DNA of 64,000 bases, taken from contig CM082576.2 in the NCBI GenBank assembly GCA_040954595.2, forward strand, positions 2,020,760-2,084,759, written 5' to 3'. Each line of letters opens with the position of its first letter. Position 1 is the first letter of the stretch. The translations under genes and the position numbers were made by a program. Below are positions 11,571 through 26,500 of the stretch, one piece after another. The DNA is from Balanoglossus misakiensis (lineage: Eukaryota > Animalia > Hemichordata). The notes beneath the pieces were generated by a model. It was not told the origin of the DNA, did not search any database, and saw only the letters and a list, made by a program, of their open reading frames with translations.

Positions 11571-14500
11571 GGATCACGAGGCGATCGGATATTAGGATTT
11601 TACAGCTTTTTGTGGTAGTTTATTGCGTAGGTAAGTACGGAGACGTGTATCTGAGCTTGAAATCAAATGTACACAGGTTCAAACTGTGGTGTGTGTTATA
11701 GGTAATGAATAGCCAGCATAAAAGACTGTCTCGTATTCAAGAATAACGCGCTGCTTTTGTTTTGTGAAGATTCATGCAAAACAAAGTTTGTCTTTGTCTT
11801 ACTTTCCAATTGAATGGGGTTTAGTTGATTTATCTGCAAAGCGCTGAGTGTTTATCCGACGACTTCTTACGGCGCTGTTGTACCAGAGACCGACCACCTG
11901 ATTTAGGTCTATAGTTCCCCTATAAATCATTTCAAATGGGTCTAATGTAACGTCGGTGGCCTTGCGTTCGCTTTAGGTACTAAAGTGAACGTTGCTTTCT
12001 TTCTCTTTGTGCTGGAATGGTTTCTCTTTTATCAGTGGAAGCCATACAAGACTTTCATTCCATTGGATTGGTCAAAAAGGCAACGGACCCCCCATCCTTC
12101 GGTTCGAGAAGATATGAACCCGGTCCGGCTTGAGCCATACAACAATAAATTATAATAGCGTGCCGCACCTATGTCTAAGTCTGATAAAGTGCCCTTGGCC
12201 TTCGATAGTTTGTTAACATACAGAGATTTTAACATGTCACTGCCTCTAGTTCATTCCACGTTGTGGCTTCATTTTACCTCAACTATCAACTGAAGACGAT
12301 TGAAGACGTTGCAATTATCCAGTCAGCTGTCAGCAGTGGGTAAAATGTGTGACAGTGTCATTGCTTATACAGCACTGTTAGTGCTGGGGTACATTGTGCA
12401 AATTTTATTCGGCAGATTAATCCAAACTGTCCTTCTTGAGCAGTAATTAAGTGGTACATTCACCACTTCCCACAGCTGTACAAATTGCATACTACTGAAT
12501 CATAATCAGCCAGGATAATGCCTGCAGTTCAACGTGGCTGTGGTAATTGATCATGGTAATGCAGTCTTACACTTCAAAGGCCATCTATACCTTGAAATCT
12601 CTTGGTAGCATTTCTCCCAACAGACTAGTTTTTGAGTGCACCAAGATATTTCAAACAGAGCCCATCTGCCGCCCGGGCGACCATCTGACATCGCAGATGA
12701 TTCCACACAGGTTGAGATTGCAGTTATGCAGGTTATCGATGGGGGGTGATGCAAGTGGGCCTCATCAGCACCATGTTGCCGGTGTGGGATGAAAGCTAAA
12801 GGGGAAACTTGACAGGAAATGGTTTAACTGTTTATGACGGCATGTTTGGCTGAGAGGGCTTTGACCTTGACATTATAGACAGTATAAATCTTATGATGGG
12901 GAAAATGATATGATTGAGTCTAGAATATGCTTGTGGTGACGGGGAAAGGTTATTATCCATGAAAATAAAAAGTTGAAATGGTTTGGGCAAATTATTTTTA
13001 GCGTCAAAGTGAGGAAACTTAACATTTTTGTAAGTGGGGGCAAACCCTATTCTGAATGACAGGTTGGTTGGCAGCCACAGCCAACTCTGGTTGTGTTAAG
13101 GCCTCATCAATGCAGCCAGAGTTGGTAGATGACAGTGGCCTTGAACAAACAATGGAAAAACCTAACAAAAGGGAAAAGTAGTTCCAAACCGGTACAATGT
13201 AGATAGGGATTATCTGTAATGATTAAAGTAACCTGCTAAGTTCCATTTGCGGAAAGTCATGTTGTCTTCCAACTTACAAATGGCTTTGTAGGTTGCCGAC
13301 AGTGAACATGATGGAATGACAGGAAATGTTGAGTGAGACATTGCCATCGTAAATCATGGCAACTGGTAACGTTTCCATATATCAGTCTCCTAGAGGGTCA
13401 AAGGCATTTCCTCTGAAAGATCTCTTTGTGATGCACGGGTTGATCAGTTGACCCAGCCTTCCTTAAGCACGCCCGTCTATGCCCATACATGAATAGGGGC
13501 AAAGTGCAGTGAATGGGACAACGTGAATTCACCGCTAATTTGAACTCCCAGGTAGACATGCATCCAATGAACCCTGAGCTTTTGAGGATGATTTGATTGA
13601 CAAGGTAGCGAGCAGGAATTTGCCAGATTGATTTCCGTTTGCTATGCTACTCCCCTGGGCTTTGACTTTTGCTAGTTTGTTTTGATCACACTTTAATTAA
13701 GCTGATTGCCCTTTTTGTCGGTTAATTAAAATTGGCTGTTGCATGCCCTACTACAACAACATGTATTTTCAGACTTTCAACCAAATGATCATATGATAGT
13801 GTATTGGTCAATACACTATCACTTGGTCAGTGAGTGTGTTTTACTCGTAGCTTTTACTCTTTAAAATAATTATATCTTTGATGAGAAGTGCATTTATGCT
13901 CCATCTGTTCTTTTGATTTCACCATGATGGTCTATGGTCATGTTATGTAAGAATGCATTCTTATTGGGTTTATTCTGTATTTTCAAGAGACCTTGCTTCA
14001 CATTACAGTCTAGCCAATTCAGATAAACCGGTGGGCCCAATGCATGCCTCTATATCTGTAGGTTCAACCTGTGGGTGTAATGTAACTGAAGTACATGTAT
14101 ACCTGAGCCACAGACTTCTGTTAAGGAGAGGGAAATCTGTCTAGGCCGACACTTTCACGGACCCATTCAGATGGATATTTACAGTTTAGTGCAATGTATC
14201 TGCATGTTGGAATTTCAGTCTTGTTGAAACGGAGTGGCTGTCATCTTGCATAGCAGCAGTTAATTGTCTGGCCTTTTTTTCAGTCATGACGTTTTCACCA
14301 GTCTAAAAACTGCTTGCAGGCAAGATAATAGCATTGGTGGTTTGGAAAGGGAATTCCTGCCACATTGAGAAGCTACCTTGGAGGATGGCCGGCTATGCAG
14401 ATAATCACAGAAGTGGTCACTTGAAAGTCGGGCTAAAATGGAAATCATGTCCTCTTGGGCTTTTCTGTCAACTATTTCCAGCTTATGCTGTCAAACAGAT

Positions 14501-17500
14501 TTTAAAGAACTTTGTAATGTACACTGCCGCTAAAGAACCTACAGGATGCCAATCTGACATGTTTTGGTGTTTGACAGTCTTGTTTTATACAATGACCAGA
14601 TATCTGCCATAAATGCAATTCTCTGTGTCTTTTGTTTTCCCAACAGGTTTAGGAAGTGTTGGAGCACAGAATTTTGTTCAGGAACCTATCGGGTATGACA
14701 TTGTAGATGGGGACTCTGCAACATTACTGTGTGCGGTAGACGATCCAACAGATGTAGTTTTTCACTGGACTCTGAACGGAGTTAGAATAACCGATAATGC
14801 ACGTAGATATGTGGACGGTAGTTCATTGCATTTTGCTAAAGTAAACAGAGAAGATGATGCAGGAGAATTTAAATGCATAGCAGCAAATACTGAGGCGGGA
14901 CGTTGGCTTGAAAGTGTCGGAGCCGAACTTAATATTATCTGTAAGTAAATACTCTACTTTGCATGTCATGTGAATGTGGATGGAGTTGAATTATTATCCG
15001 AAAGTGTGGTTACTGGATTCCCTGTTTCTAGTAACCATGCTGGAGGTAACAGTATACCTTGTAATCCAGAGTGTGAACGACATGAGTTGACTGGTGTGAA
15101 AAGGTATGACATTTTGGATGTGTGTCTGATAGTATGGCTGGAGCCATGCATGTAAGTTTATATGTGTGCCCTCCAGAGGATTTGGTTTCTATTGATTTAT
15201 CTCTCATTGAAAGTTTTGCATCTACATCATCCCGCAGAATTGTCATGGCTCTGATTCTGTGCACCCATAATCCTGTTCACCTCAAAATGTAGTTACTGTA
15301 ATTAAAACAAACACTTCTCCTATTACAAGCTGTGATTAAGGAATAAAGTTCATAAAAGAGCTTTCCCTTGATTAAATAGCTGTTTGTTATTAATAATTTA
15401 GTTGACGTAGAAATTTGTGAGTGGATACATATTGTCCCAGACCTATCAAGCTACCGTAATCATTTTTCTGAGACGATATGGTGTGATGAGTTCATCTTCA
15501 TGTAATGTCAGTGTCTTGAGAATATTGATAAGATAATCCATCATTCCACTTATACTGCACGTTAGAAATGTTAAGAGGGTTAAAACCCATGCGTCTTGGG
15601 ATACACATCACATTTGGGATACGCATTTTAATACATGATTAATTGACCAATGTTGGATTATCTTTATAAATTGGCATTTTCCTTACTAAAATGTAGTACG
15701 TTTTACTTGGATGCTGAAAATCGCTCTTTTTTATCTCCATGGTGACAGCATATATTATTTGAAATGAGAATACTACTGAACGATTAATGGTGTTCTTCTT
15801 CTGCGTCTTCTAAGAACAGCAACTGCATTAAGAATATGCTGGAGGAAGGGAGTCTGACAAAGAATATTATTTGAATCGTAAAACATTAAGAGATGTGTAT
15901 GTTTTCATTTTAATGGAAAAATCAGATGCGGCATATCTAATAAAATTGAACTGTGGAGCTTGTCAGTTGCCTGAATACTCAGTTGTCACTAGATGAAATA
16001 AATATCATCACAATACTGATGCCACATGACCTGATTGTCACTCCCATGAACCATCGCTGCATGATCATCTGAGGTTATCTTGTCACTGATTTACATACAT
16101 GTATGGTGTAAATAAAAATAAACAAAAATAATCTTTCAAATTTTAATCTCAAGAAGCCATTATCAACTGAAGGTAAAAATAGACATATGACCTGCTTCAT
16201 AAGACTAATCATTCATAGCAGATATAGATCCATTAGGTGTTATCCAATTTCTCTTGGTTTCTAAACTGGACCCATGTGATGGTGTCAGCTGTATGATGTT
16301 AGAGGTTCTAATTATCTGAAGGTTGTTCAGAGCACGTCTACATGTATTTCCAGAGCCAGTTTTGTGGCACGGGTCAAACAGACTGTGAAAACAATAACTG
16401 GACATGAGGTTAAGATGAGTCAACAATAATGAGGGAAGATGGGCCCGAAGGTTCTTCACCTCAGAACACGTCTCTGTGGCATGAAATAATACATGTCGAG
16501 GCGTGAGAAGAATGTCAAACGTGAAATTATATTCATACTCGGCTTCGGTGTTTCGAAAATTCATGATTTTTTTATGAAACCTTTTAAAGTGGGAATTGCA
16601 GTACCTATGTACTGTGAGAGGCTGACAGCACTAGAAAGGTTTTTCTTAGCTTTGAGTAATCTGAGGTCCCCGGTGGGTTTCACAGCATGCATGGGACAGA
16701 CCTTTACAATTTCCACAATACTCGGATACAAGCATTCATTGTTTGGCGATTCTTTGTGAGTCACTGTTTGTCAAACATCTAGCCTTTCTTTCTTTGCCTG
16801 GTTTCCTTTCACTGAAGGCCAACCGTACTGTTTCATCCATCATGGCCTTACGCCTAGACAGAAAAAAAAATGTAGGAAACAGGCGGAAACACGGCTAAAC
16901 AGGAGATTTGATATTCATGGTAGTTTCATGGACCAGTTGAGAAGTAAAGCTGGAAGCTTGCTCGGCCAAATACCGTGAATTTCTTGTGTGATAAATATTT
17001 TGTTCTCTGCCGCCTGGGATAAAACTGTCTGTTGCCTGTGTGTAGCTCTCAGTATTTATCTACCTCCCGGTGTTTCGTTCCGTGCTACAACGTTTGTCGT
17101 ACGCCGACACAAACCAACATGTTGGCGCCATGTGTCAGGGAAAAATTTCACTCAAAGTGTTATGTTCAAATCATTAATTTTATGTCGGTCATGATTTCAA
17201 AATCTGTATTCATGGGCGTGGGACTGACCTTGTGCAAAAAAAAAGCCGGTTCTTTCATTTTGTCGCCTCAAGTCTCTCATTCTGAGCAGCTAAAATAATT
17301 TGCGCTTGGGATAAGCTTTCAGAAAGTGTCTAATGGAGAGTGTTTTATTGAGCATTCTGCCTGATACTTAGAAGCCGAGAAATTGAATTTCTGGGCCAAG
17401 TATAGTGCAACACAAATTGACTCTGCCATAATTTACTAAAAGGCACCAAAATACTGATTTCTTCTTGGAAAAGCGATGCACAATATGCTGTGCCGATCGA

Positions 17501-20500
17501 GACTGTGCGTCCATCTTGTGCATCCATGCGCTTGCGTGTGCATGTATAATGTGTGTGACTGTGAGTTTATTGATAATAAAATTTGTGTGGATCCGATGCA
17601 ATATTTTGGAACAAAAGTAAAGGCCGGATTGAAACGTACTTAAATTTTTTGACATGAGTGTAAATTACACAAGTTTTTAATATATTCCTGGGGGTCCGGT
17701 GTGTGTGGAAAAGAATTGTCTGTGACTGAAATCACCAACAGTTTGTCATACAGCCTGTGGTGATATAGGCCTTTGATGTTCTTGGACTGTTGAGTTTCAA
17801 ATGATTTTCAAAATGGCATCAAACATTGCTTTTATTGAGAGCATTGATCATAATACAATCTGCTATTATCATGTGGTGATCTTTTTAACAAAAATTGTCA
17901 CAAAGGGAATTCACTCAACACAGGAAATCATTGCCGGCATTCTCTCTTTTGTCTGATATTGATTGCCGCAGTTTAATAACGGTGCAGCGTTTGTGCTTTT
18001 GCTGGCCATGGGGGGAAAATATTATTTATGGAGTCATGGTCAAGCTGGCTTGGTTAAAATGGCCTCCAAGGTTATTTAGATAACAGTGTGTACTGCAAAT
18101 GAAGATACCGGTATCATATGTGTTCTCCAGGCTGATCCAGTCTGTTTTTATAGAGAACAGATTTCTCAGGCAGTTGTGATGTTGTGAACACTAAAAAACT
18201 GATGAAGTATGATTTGAAATATTTCATGAATTATTTATTAAGCTCCAATGGGGGTAATCGGGCTAAGTGATATTAAATTGACAAAGGTGTCCATTCTTTT
18301 TTTAAATGACAATATTCTTGTTAAAAGTTATTTGCATTGACTAATTTGTCACATGTATCAAAACATACTGAAAGGCCACATTTGTCACCCTGATAATAAC
18401 TAACGTTTATAAAAGACCATAATGGCATAATAATGTGGTTTGCTCTACAAATTGTCATCAAAGTTTGTGTTGTGCTGTGATGTTACGAGCTCTGACAACC
18501 AGTATTTCATTTATCAGAACAGCCTCAATAAGGTCATGTGAAAGAGAATATAAACCAAACTCTGGTAACTTTACCCTTTATGTTGAGTAATTAGGTTCTT
18601 TTCAGCAGTCATGCTTGTTTCCTTTCTGTGAAAAATAAGATGGAGAGAAATACAACTACTAATAATTTTAATCGGAAGGGGCTAATTGCGTGTCTTTTGA
18701 CACTACATAGTAAAGAACTAACTTTACAATCTAATATGATGACTTTGCCTTTCTGAAGCAAAAAATACAAAAACCAGTCTGATGCACAGCTAAATGTGAT
18801 TGTTCCAAGGGTTATAACCGAATAAGAGAGACCAAGAAGTAAACGCCCTCGTAAAATGCAGGTTTCATAGTTAAGTATTGCAGTTTGTCATTGTAAACAC
18901 ATTTCTTTGAAGTCAAGTTTGGTAGGTGACGTTCATACACTGATATGTTTACATTTATATCTAGGGTAAAGGTGAACCAGGATTGTAATCACTCATTGGA
19001 GCTCTCATCAGTGAAATTTGACAATCTGTAGTTGTACGTGAATTGGGTAGATATGACTGAAGCATAAAACAGCCTTTCTTTACATGGCACAGTTGATCTG
19101 AGCAAACTATTAAAAGGGAAATTTCCAGTTTTGTGTGATGATGATTGTGTCGTAGCACATTTTGCAGCACAGGACTGTGAAATTTCTTTGTCTGACTAGT
19201 AAAAGCAACCTAAAAAGAGGATGGACAGACTCGAGCAGAGTTTTTACATAGGCAGCCGTTACAGTAATAGGTTGGGTACAGTTAAATCCTCTTGATGTCC
19301 CAATAAATGTCTAATGCTTTTCTCGTGCTGAAGTACGTTGGCTACAGAAATCTGTCCAGCAACAGGCCGTGGTACGCCGCCTACATTAATTGGCCATCAA
19401 CATTCTCCCTTCAGACATCTGCTTGCACTCGCCATGTGGACACCGGGCAGGTATTTGTCGAACATACTCCAACCATGTGGCAATGTGTCAACAGTATCAT
19501 ATAGTTAGCCAGCCCGCCTCATGCCCCGATAACCCTTTGCCGACTCATGGCTAAACATTGATTTCATTAACTAGCGACCTCTGACCTGGCTGATAAATCA
19601 TCCAATCACAGATCACTTGGGTGGCAGTAAAAATAGACCAGTTTTGTTGTGTTTCATGTTTTCTTTTGTATGGTTTATGGCTTTTTGTGCCGAAACCTGT
19701 AAGTTCGATTTCATGTAGGCAAATCTGCAAAGTTCGCATATCTGCAAAGTTCTTTATTTGTGTATTCTAAAAGGTGATAACCTAGAATGTATATCTTTGG
19801 CCCTAGATAAAAAAACAGAGTATACTATTCCATAATATTTGAAATTTTCACAGATAATTTTACCAGTGAAAAGCAAATCAAACTCACATATGTGGCTCTT
19901 AATATTTTACCGTAAGTGTAATAAGTTTAATACCAAGTTTAGCAACATTTTTATAGGATTGTGGGAGTGTTCGCATTGCAAATGGTTCTCAGTTGTCCTT
20001 AGCAGACACCAATTGTAAAGTACAGGGCAGAAGTAATTAGAACAAGTGACAGGCTTCTCAGCAGGTGGGAAGAATGCATGAAATCCTTCAGAAATGATGG
20101 CCCTAGAGATCACTTACATAATTAGCTTGGACAATTCTGTATGTGGTCCTGAGAGAAGGCAACTGAGATTTTCCAATGTGGTGTCACACAATCTCACTTC
20201 TTAGTGTATTTGACTGTCCATGTACACACATGATCGCTTGACTTGACTTTTTGGTTTCACTGATTTTTGGGGGTAGGTTTTGGCTGTCATTGTGATTTGT
20301 ATGGAATTCAACTGGAGTGATTTTTGTCTTTGCTGGGCCCCATCGGTGTCTGTCTCTTGATTCCCCCTTACACAAAAAAGGCAGCTTTTACACGTGTATT
20401 GTAAAGCACTATTGATTTCTGCAGCTATCGTTGTCTGGACTCTGAATATAATTACCGCTTAGAATGAAGTCATTGACCGAGCAAGTGACAAAGCCATGTC

Positions 20501-23500
20501 AGATATCTATAATGCAGCCATAAATCTCTTGATATTCAAGGTTTAGCTAATTCAGTTATGAATTAGGGCGACCATAATGGGGTGCGATCAGGCACACATA
20601 AGATATATACTCTCCCATTTAAACAGGAAGGTATAATATTTGCTTTCCAGGTACACTGATACCCCAATAACCATTCTTTAATTCATTTTTTGTGATTTCT
20701 TTCCCCCAAATGAATGCTTTCAACTTGCGTTCGTTTTCCATGCTTCTAATGGTGGTGAATTTGAAGGACTCCTCGTTCACACATCCTATTGACATCCATC
20801 CCACCATGGCGTGTCTTTGAAGACCCGCATTTGGATGACAATTCTTAATGGCCCTCTTGTCAGACTGCCCCAGTCAGTCACTCTTTTCAAAGACCATGAA
20901 AGAGGGGGGCCAGCCTTTACTTTTTTTATCTTTCAGTGCAGACCTTTGTGCTAATCGCAAAGCTGGCAGGCCTGTCAGAATGTTGGCTGTCTGCTTGTGA
21001 TGACCAAACAGAGACTATATAACCACCTTGGTGCAGAAATACATTGTGTATGTACGACACAATGACTCGACTTTGACATCTTGGAGAGTACGACATGTGT
21101 ACATGTACATGCTGGAGTGATTGCTAAGCCATTTGACCCCGCCTAATTATCCACACATTTTGGTGTCATATCAGGCAGAAAGAAATAAACCCTCCTGAGG
21201 AATTACTGGGCAAATCAGCTAATTTTTATGTATTTATTTTTCCAAATGTAGATGTTATATGTCATATTTTCAACAGTTCAGTAGAGAGGAAAATGAGGAG
21301 GAAGAGAATATGCGCAGCTCATTAGTCCAACCAGGCGGCTCTTGATGGCCTCCAGCAGTTTGATGGTTCGAGTTACCGACTCTTGGTGATCCTTCAAACT
21401 GGCTCTGCAATCTCTTTACCTGTGGTGACATCACTGAGGCAGCCGTGTCTGCATATGCCCTTGGAAGATGCAGATCTCCACCTCTGGAGTCGGCCAGAGG
21501 AGTCTTTGTGTCCACATGTGAAATTATTCTACCAAAATCAGTATTCTGAGTCAGAGAGAGACTTTCTTGTACTGACTAACAAAGCGTAGGTGCACTGTAG
21601 GTATATAATGGGTTGAGTTGTCTCTGTGCGAGTCAACCTTAACCCCTGCGTATGACAAGCGCCATTAGCTGGCAAAGCTATGAATAAATCAATCTAATAT
21701 TAATGCCGCCTGTATTTTCAAACCGCATGGGCATGATGTTATTTCAGCATGGGTAATGTTCGTGTAAACCAGTGTGTTGAACTCTATGGAAACTAAAATA
21801 AACAGCGTGGATGGTATCCGGTATCACACTGTCGGCCTGTGTTGTACCGTACACCCTTAGTGAATGACTGCCGGTACGGTCATCTTTTTAGACACGCCAA
21901 GCACAGACACAGCTGTGTTTCACTTGCAATAACACTGGGATAGATTTTTGTTGGCCCTTGTCAATACGTCAGCATTCAAGGAAAGTGCTAAAAGCCGAAC
22001 GATTTTGTTGATAAAAACTAGCTTTCTGTTAAATATCAAAGGTAAACTGTCTGCCGCCTTTTGGGAAAAACAGGTTTCATTTGCTGTGAAGTTTTTTCCC
22101 TGTTACAGTGCAAAGACTCAAATATGTCCTGAAATGAAGTTCAAGCTCCACCCTCAAATATTATTTCATTGGTGTCACTAACAAGGTGTCGTTTAGATGA
22201 TGGTCATGAACTTCACCTTTGCTACAAAAGGCGTCAACAAAGGAGATGAATGATTGTTGTGGCAGGGAAGGTGAGCGCCTAGGATGATGATCAATCTTAT
22301 GATGTGTTCAACAGATGAGATCAGTGCCAGTAAAAAGTGGCTATATATTTGAGGTGATCTATGTGGCTACTGTAATATATGCACCACCAGATGTCTGCCA
22401 AGTTGCAGATTTTGTAAACACTTCTGGTATTTGCGTGACTTTTGATTTTCTAATGTTACGCACATATTTTCCCTGTATGAAATATGGCAACTGCACTCTG
22501 TGAGAGCCTTGCTTTCCAAGATCCCAACAAATGTCTCATAATGAACACATTTTATTCGAGCCATGGATTGTTGCACACCATTGAATATTTATAGAACAAA
22601 TCATCATAAACTCGACTTCTAAATGTGAACAAATTAAGAGAAACGCCTCTAAAACTGTCACTGTAAACTGTAATACTGTAACCTACTAATGTTTTGTGAT
22701 TGAGAGCTCATTCTTCAAGATAAATCGACATAATTAAAAACCTTGGGTTCTTATGAAGTTTATCTGTATCAGCTATCATAAAAAGAGGTGGATGTTGGTT
22801 ATAATATCACCCTGAAGATGCATTTTACGGTGTAAATGAAACATACACGTTTTAAGTAATTTTTTATGGCCAGTTTTATGTCCCACAGTAGAGACCTCTA
22901 GACAGTATGGTGCCTTTGGATCAGTGAGTTCTTCTGTAATTCCCATATTATTCCACTGTGCCGTCCTGGATTCTGCTACGGAAAAACAGTAAAACACAGA
23001 AATGCATCAGGCTTGCACAACTGCATCATTTAAATCACACATGGTTTTACCGATATACTGGCACCTTCAGCGTATTCATGAGGACTGGCTTAATGAAGGA
23101 GCTTGGCCGGAGATATGCACTGTCACTCCAGTGAATTAGACAATAGTATTGAGTAATTAACGAGTGATGTAACTGTTTATAGTGATGACTTAGAGACGAC
23201 CGCCAGCGTAGTGGACTGTTTTGCCTGGCAAACCTGACTGTGCTCAGTGAACGTGACACAGACTGATATCATTGAATATGGTGGCATACCGGTAATGAAT
23301 CTAATTATGATCCCACATTGTAGCCAATGTACATGTACCATGAAGATTGCCTTATTGCCAATACTGCTCAGGCTTCCAGCAATGAAAATAAATCAGAAAT
23401 TTCACATCGCATTGGACTCAAGCTCATTAAATTTACCTCAAGCTTGTGGTGTAATTTCAAATTCAGCGAAAAAATTTTCAAGGTGCATTCTAAAGTGTAT

Positions 23501-26500
23501 AATTTTTCCTAATTTATTTCTAGATCATGGCCTATAATTTTATGTTAATTTGGTCGTAAATATATGACACTGCAATATGACTTTACTTTTGCTGACAGCT
23601 TTTGCTGTCGTTGTGTTTGTGGGTAAGAAGAGACATATGAAAAATATCCATTGAAAGCCTTAGGCAAGATGAGCTACGCAGATGAGATGGGTTTGTGATG
23701 CTGCAGTGTGTGACCTGGGAGTCATTTGTCTAATATGCTGTATGGAATAGATGTAGCCATCTTGGGGCAAGTAGTATGGAGAGGAAAAGAGAGAGAATGT
23801 TTCTGAAATACTGTTGGAAATTCTCCGGAGTGGTCTGGACTTTATTGGCATTGTGCACAGGTACATGTACGGGACCCAGACAGGATGGTGTGTGAGGGTT
23901 GGACAGGAAGTGAGGGTTTAGCGGACAGTGACTTGGTTTCTCTTTGAAGGGGCCTTTGTAATGTTGTGTGCATTTTGTGGTTGGCCGTGTCACTGCAGAA
24001 TCAGAAGAAGAGAGCAACAATGATGCATACTGAGGCAAAACTTTCCCTCTTTATGCCGGCAAAACACTTTTCAGTGGAGTTCATCAGTGTTGCCGTGGAA
24101 ACGGTGAGGCAGGGGTTAAAGTCTGTCTGCTTGGGTTAAGGTTGCTGCTTGTTTGGACTGGGGCAAGGCCTTGGAATAACAGCAAAGCCATGGGACTGCT
24201 TGTAAAGACTGGCAGTTTATTTATGTAACTTTTTTCTGTCTACAGTAGGGTCACGCCAATATTCACCCCATGGAACAATGTGCAGGGACACTGTTCTTTG
24301 GTGTTCTCTGATACTGGTGCCTTTCTCTCAGATTATTTGGAAGTTGTTGACACACTGCCTCTGCAGTTCTCTATCTTCATGGCAGGCCCTAATGTATGAC
24401 TAAGACATACATTTACAATCTTAACTGCCTACTTTGTGTGACCTTCTAGTCAGTTTATGCATTTTATCTTGAAATAATTGCAGTCAGATGCCAATTTGAA
24501 CCTAGTGGATGGTGAGGGACAGGTATATGTTACTTTTTCTTTTCATTTAGAACTGTACAAAAAAATCTTTACCCATGCCAATAAGCATGTAGTGCAGTTA
24601 CAGATAGTTATTAGAATATTGGTGTATCTTTAATATCATACTCAGTTTCGTGTGTTCAGCTTTAAATAGCTTGGTTTTCAGATACTGATGATTTCATCCG
24701 AAAGGATGCCTTGGTTTGGTCCAGTTATGTTGAGGATGAAGATTTAGTCAAGAACCACTCCTGGCGATGTCTGGCTCCGCAGACTAAAATCAGTCGTAGG
24801 CTTATCAGATTGATGTTAACAACCAATGGCATACAGTCAATGATACTGATGTATGATATTGTGTATGTAAACATTTTCTCACACCTGAAATTGATTCTCT
24901 CATAAAAATTACAGGTTGAGCTGTTTTGCAGATAGAAGAAAATATCACTTTCATCACATTTTTGGGGTAAAATTTCCCCACTGATGTTTTACACCAAACT
25001 GTTTTTTTCCCCAACTCGTACATTTTGAAATATTTCTATCCATTTCTGTGCTTGGCGCGGTTCCCTCATTCATGTGATTCAGCAAATTCTTATCCCAAGA
25101 AAATAATGGTATGACCTTTAACCCCTGCATGTTTCGTCTGAAATCTGTGCCTTCATAAAGCTGTACTGTTTTAATACTAACACGAGGAAGAGAATTTATT
25201 TTGTATACAGTCTGCGATGAAATACAACACACAAGAAATAAACTACTGTGTTTGCGATCTTTCAACGTGACATGTTTCAGCCATGTGAATGGATAATTCA
25301 CTAAATTGCAGACAATGCTAACACTGTTTTGTTCCTCTCAGGGTCTTGCTGTGATCCTCTGTCATTTCCGTCATTAAACAAACGCGGAATGGTATTAAAA
25401 TGTAATTCCATATCTGCAATATGATATTTTGTGCCACTCTCCGTGGTGGTAAACCGTTATATGCAAATTTGAAATAAAAAAGCTATGCATTATGTTTATT
25501 TTTTCAGCAGGAAAATATCTCAAAATTCAGGGATAAAAGGGATTGAAAAGGTGTACTGCTGTTTAATCCCAAATGTGCTGTTCTGATACAGATATGTACA
25601 TGTAGTTAATAAATCCAACAATTTTGATTGACAGGCCTTGATACAAACAAATCTCTCTACAAGATGTTTTAACCAAAATCACAAATTTCAGAAATCCAGG
25701 GGGATGTATTTTCAGTTGGGTTTATATTCCTATTTTGCATTGAAGTCAATTGCTTTCTCATTTTCCTTAAGCTATGTTTTCGCTGAGCCGTAGCCTGTCT
25801 CAGTCACCTGCAACAAGAAATGGATTACACACAGAATGACATATGTGTGAAATGCAGTCATTTATTTGCATAGTCAGTGTGTGAGGTGTTACGGTCTAAT
25901 CCAATGGATTTCGGTGTGCGCCTTTAGTCTCCCGTATAATTTACAGTCAAATTACGATGGCATTTGTTCGTGGTAAATGCCGGCTTGTACAAGCGATTTG
26001 AGAGCCTGGAGTTAGTGATGCCCTATATATACAGAATGAAATTTCTAATATTTTAAATTTTGATTATTTTACACTTCATGTACTGCACATTATTCAAACG
26101 TTTTCCATGTCAAAATACTAATTTGTGGTTGTGATGTTTTTTATTCATATGTTTTTAAAATTTCAAATCAGCAGTTTATATAGTGTTGATTTTTGTGTCC
26201 AGGAAGAGTTGTCCAGGTTCAGTCAATCACTCACAATGACCGCATCGGCATAGCTGTTCACAGTTTTCTAAGATTGTAACCAGGGCAAACCATAAACATA
26301 CACTTCAACAGTTCAACCTACTCCGGTGACATGAAGCATGAAATCAGGGGCCCAGATAGCCTCCGTTGCTGATTATCTTTTCCAACCCTTCAACTCTTAC
26401 AGGATCAGTTTGCATTTTAAAATAAGACTCTGGTCTAGAAGATTGGATTACAAAGATGACATCAGAAAATTAGCAAAATCATAATTGGATTTTATGATAG

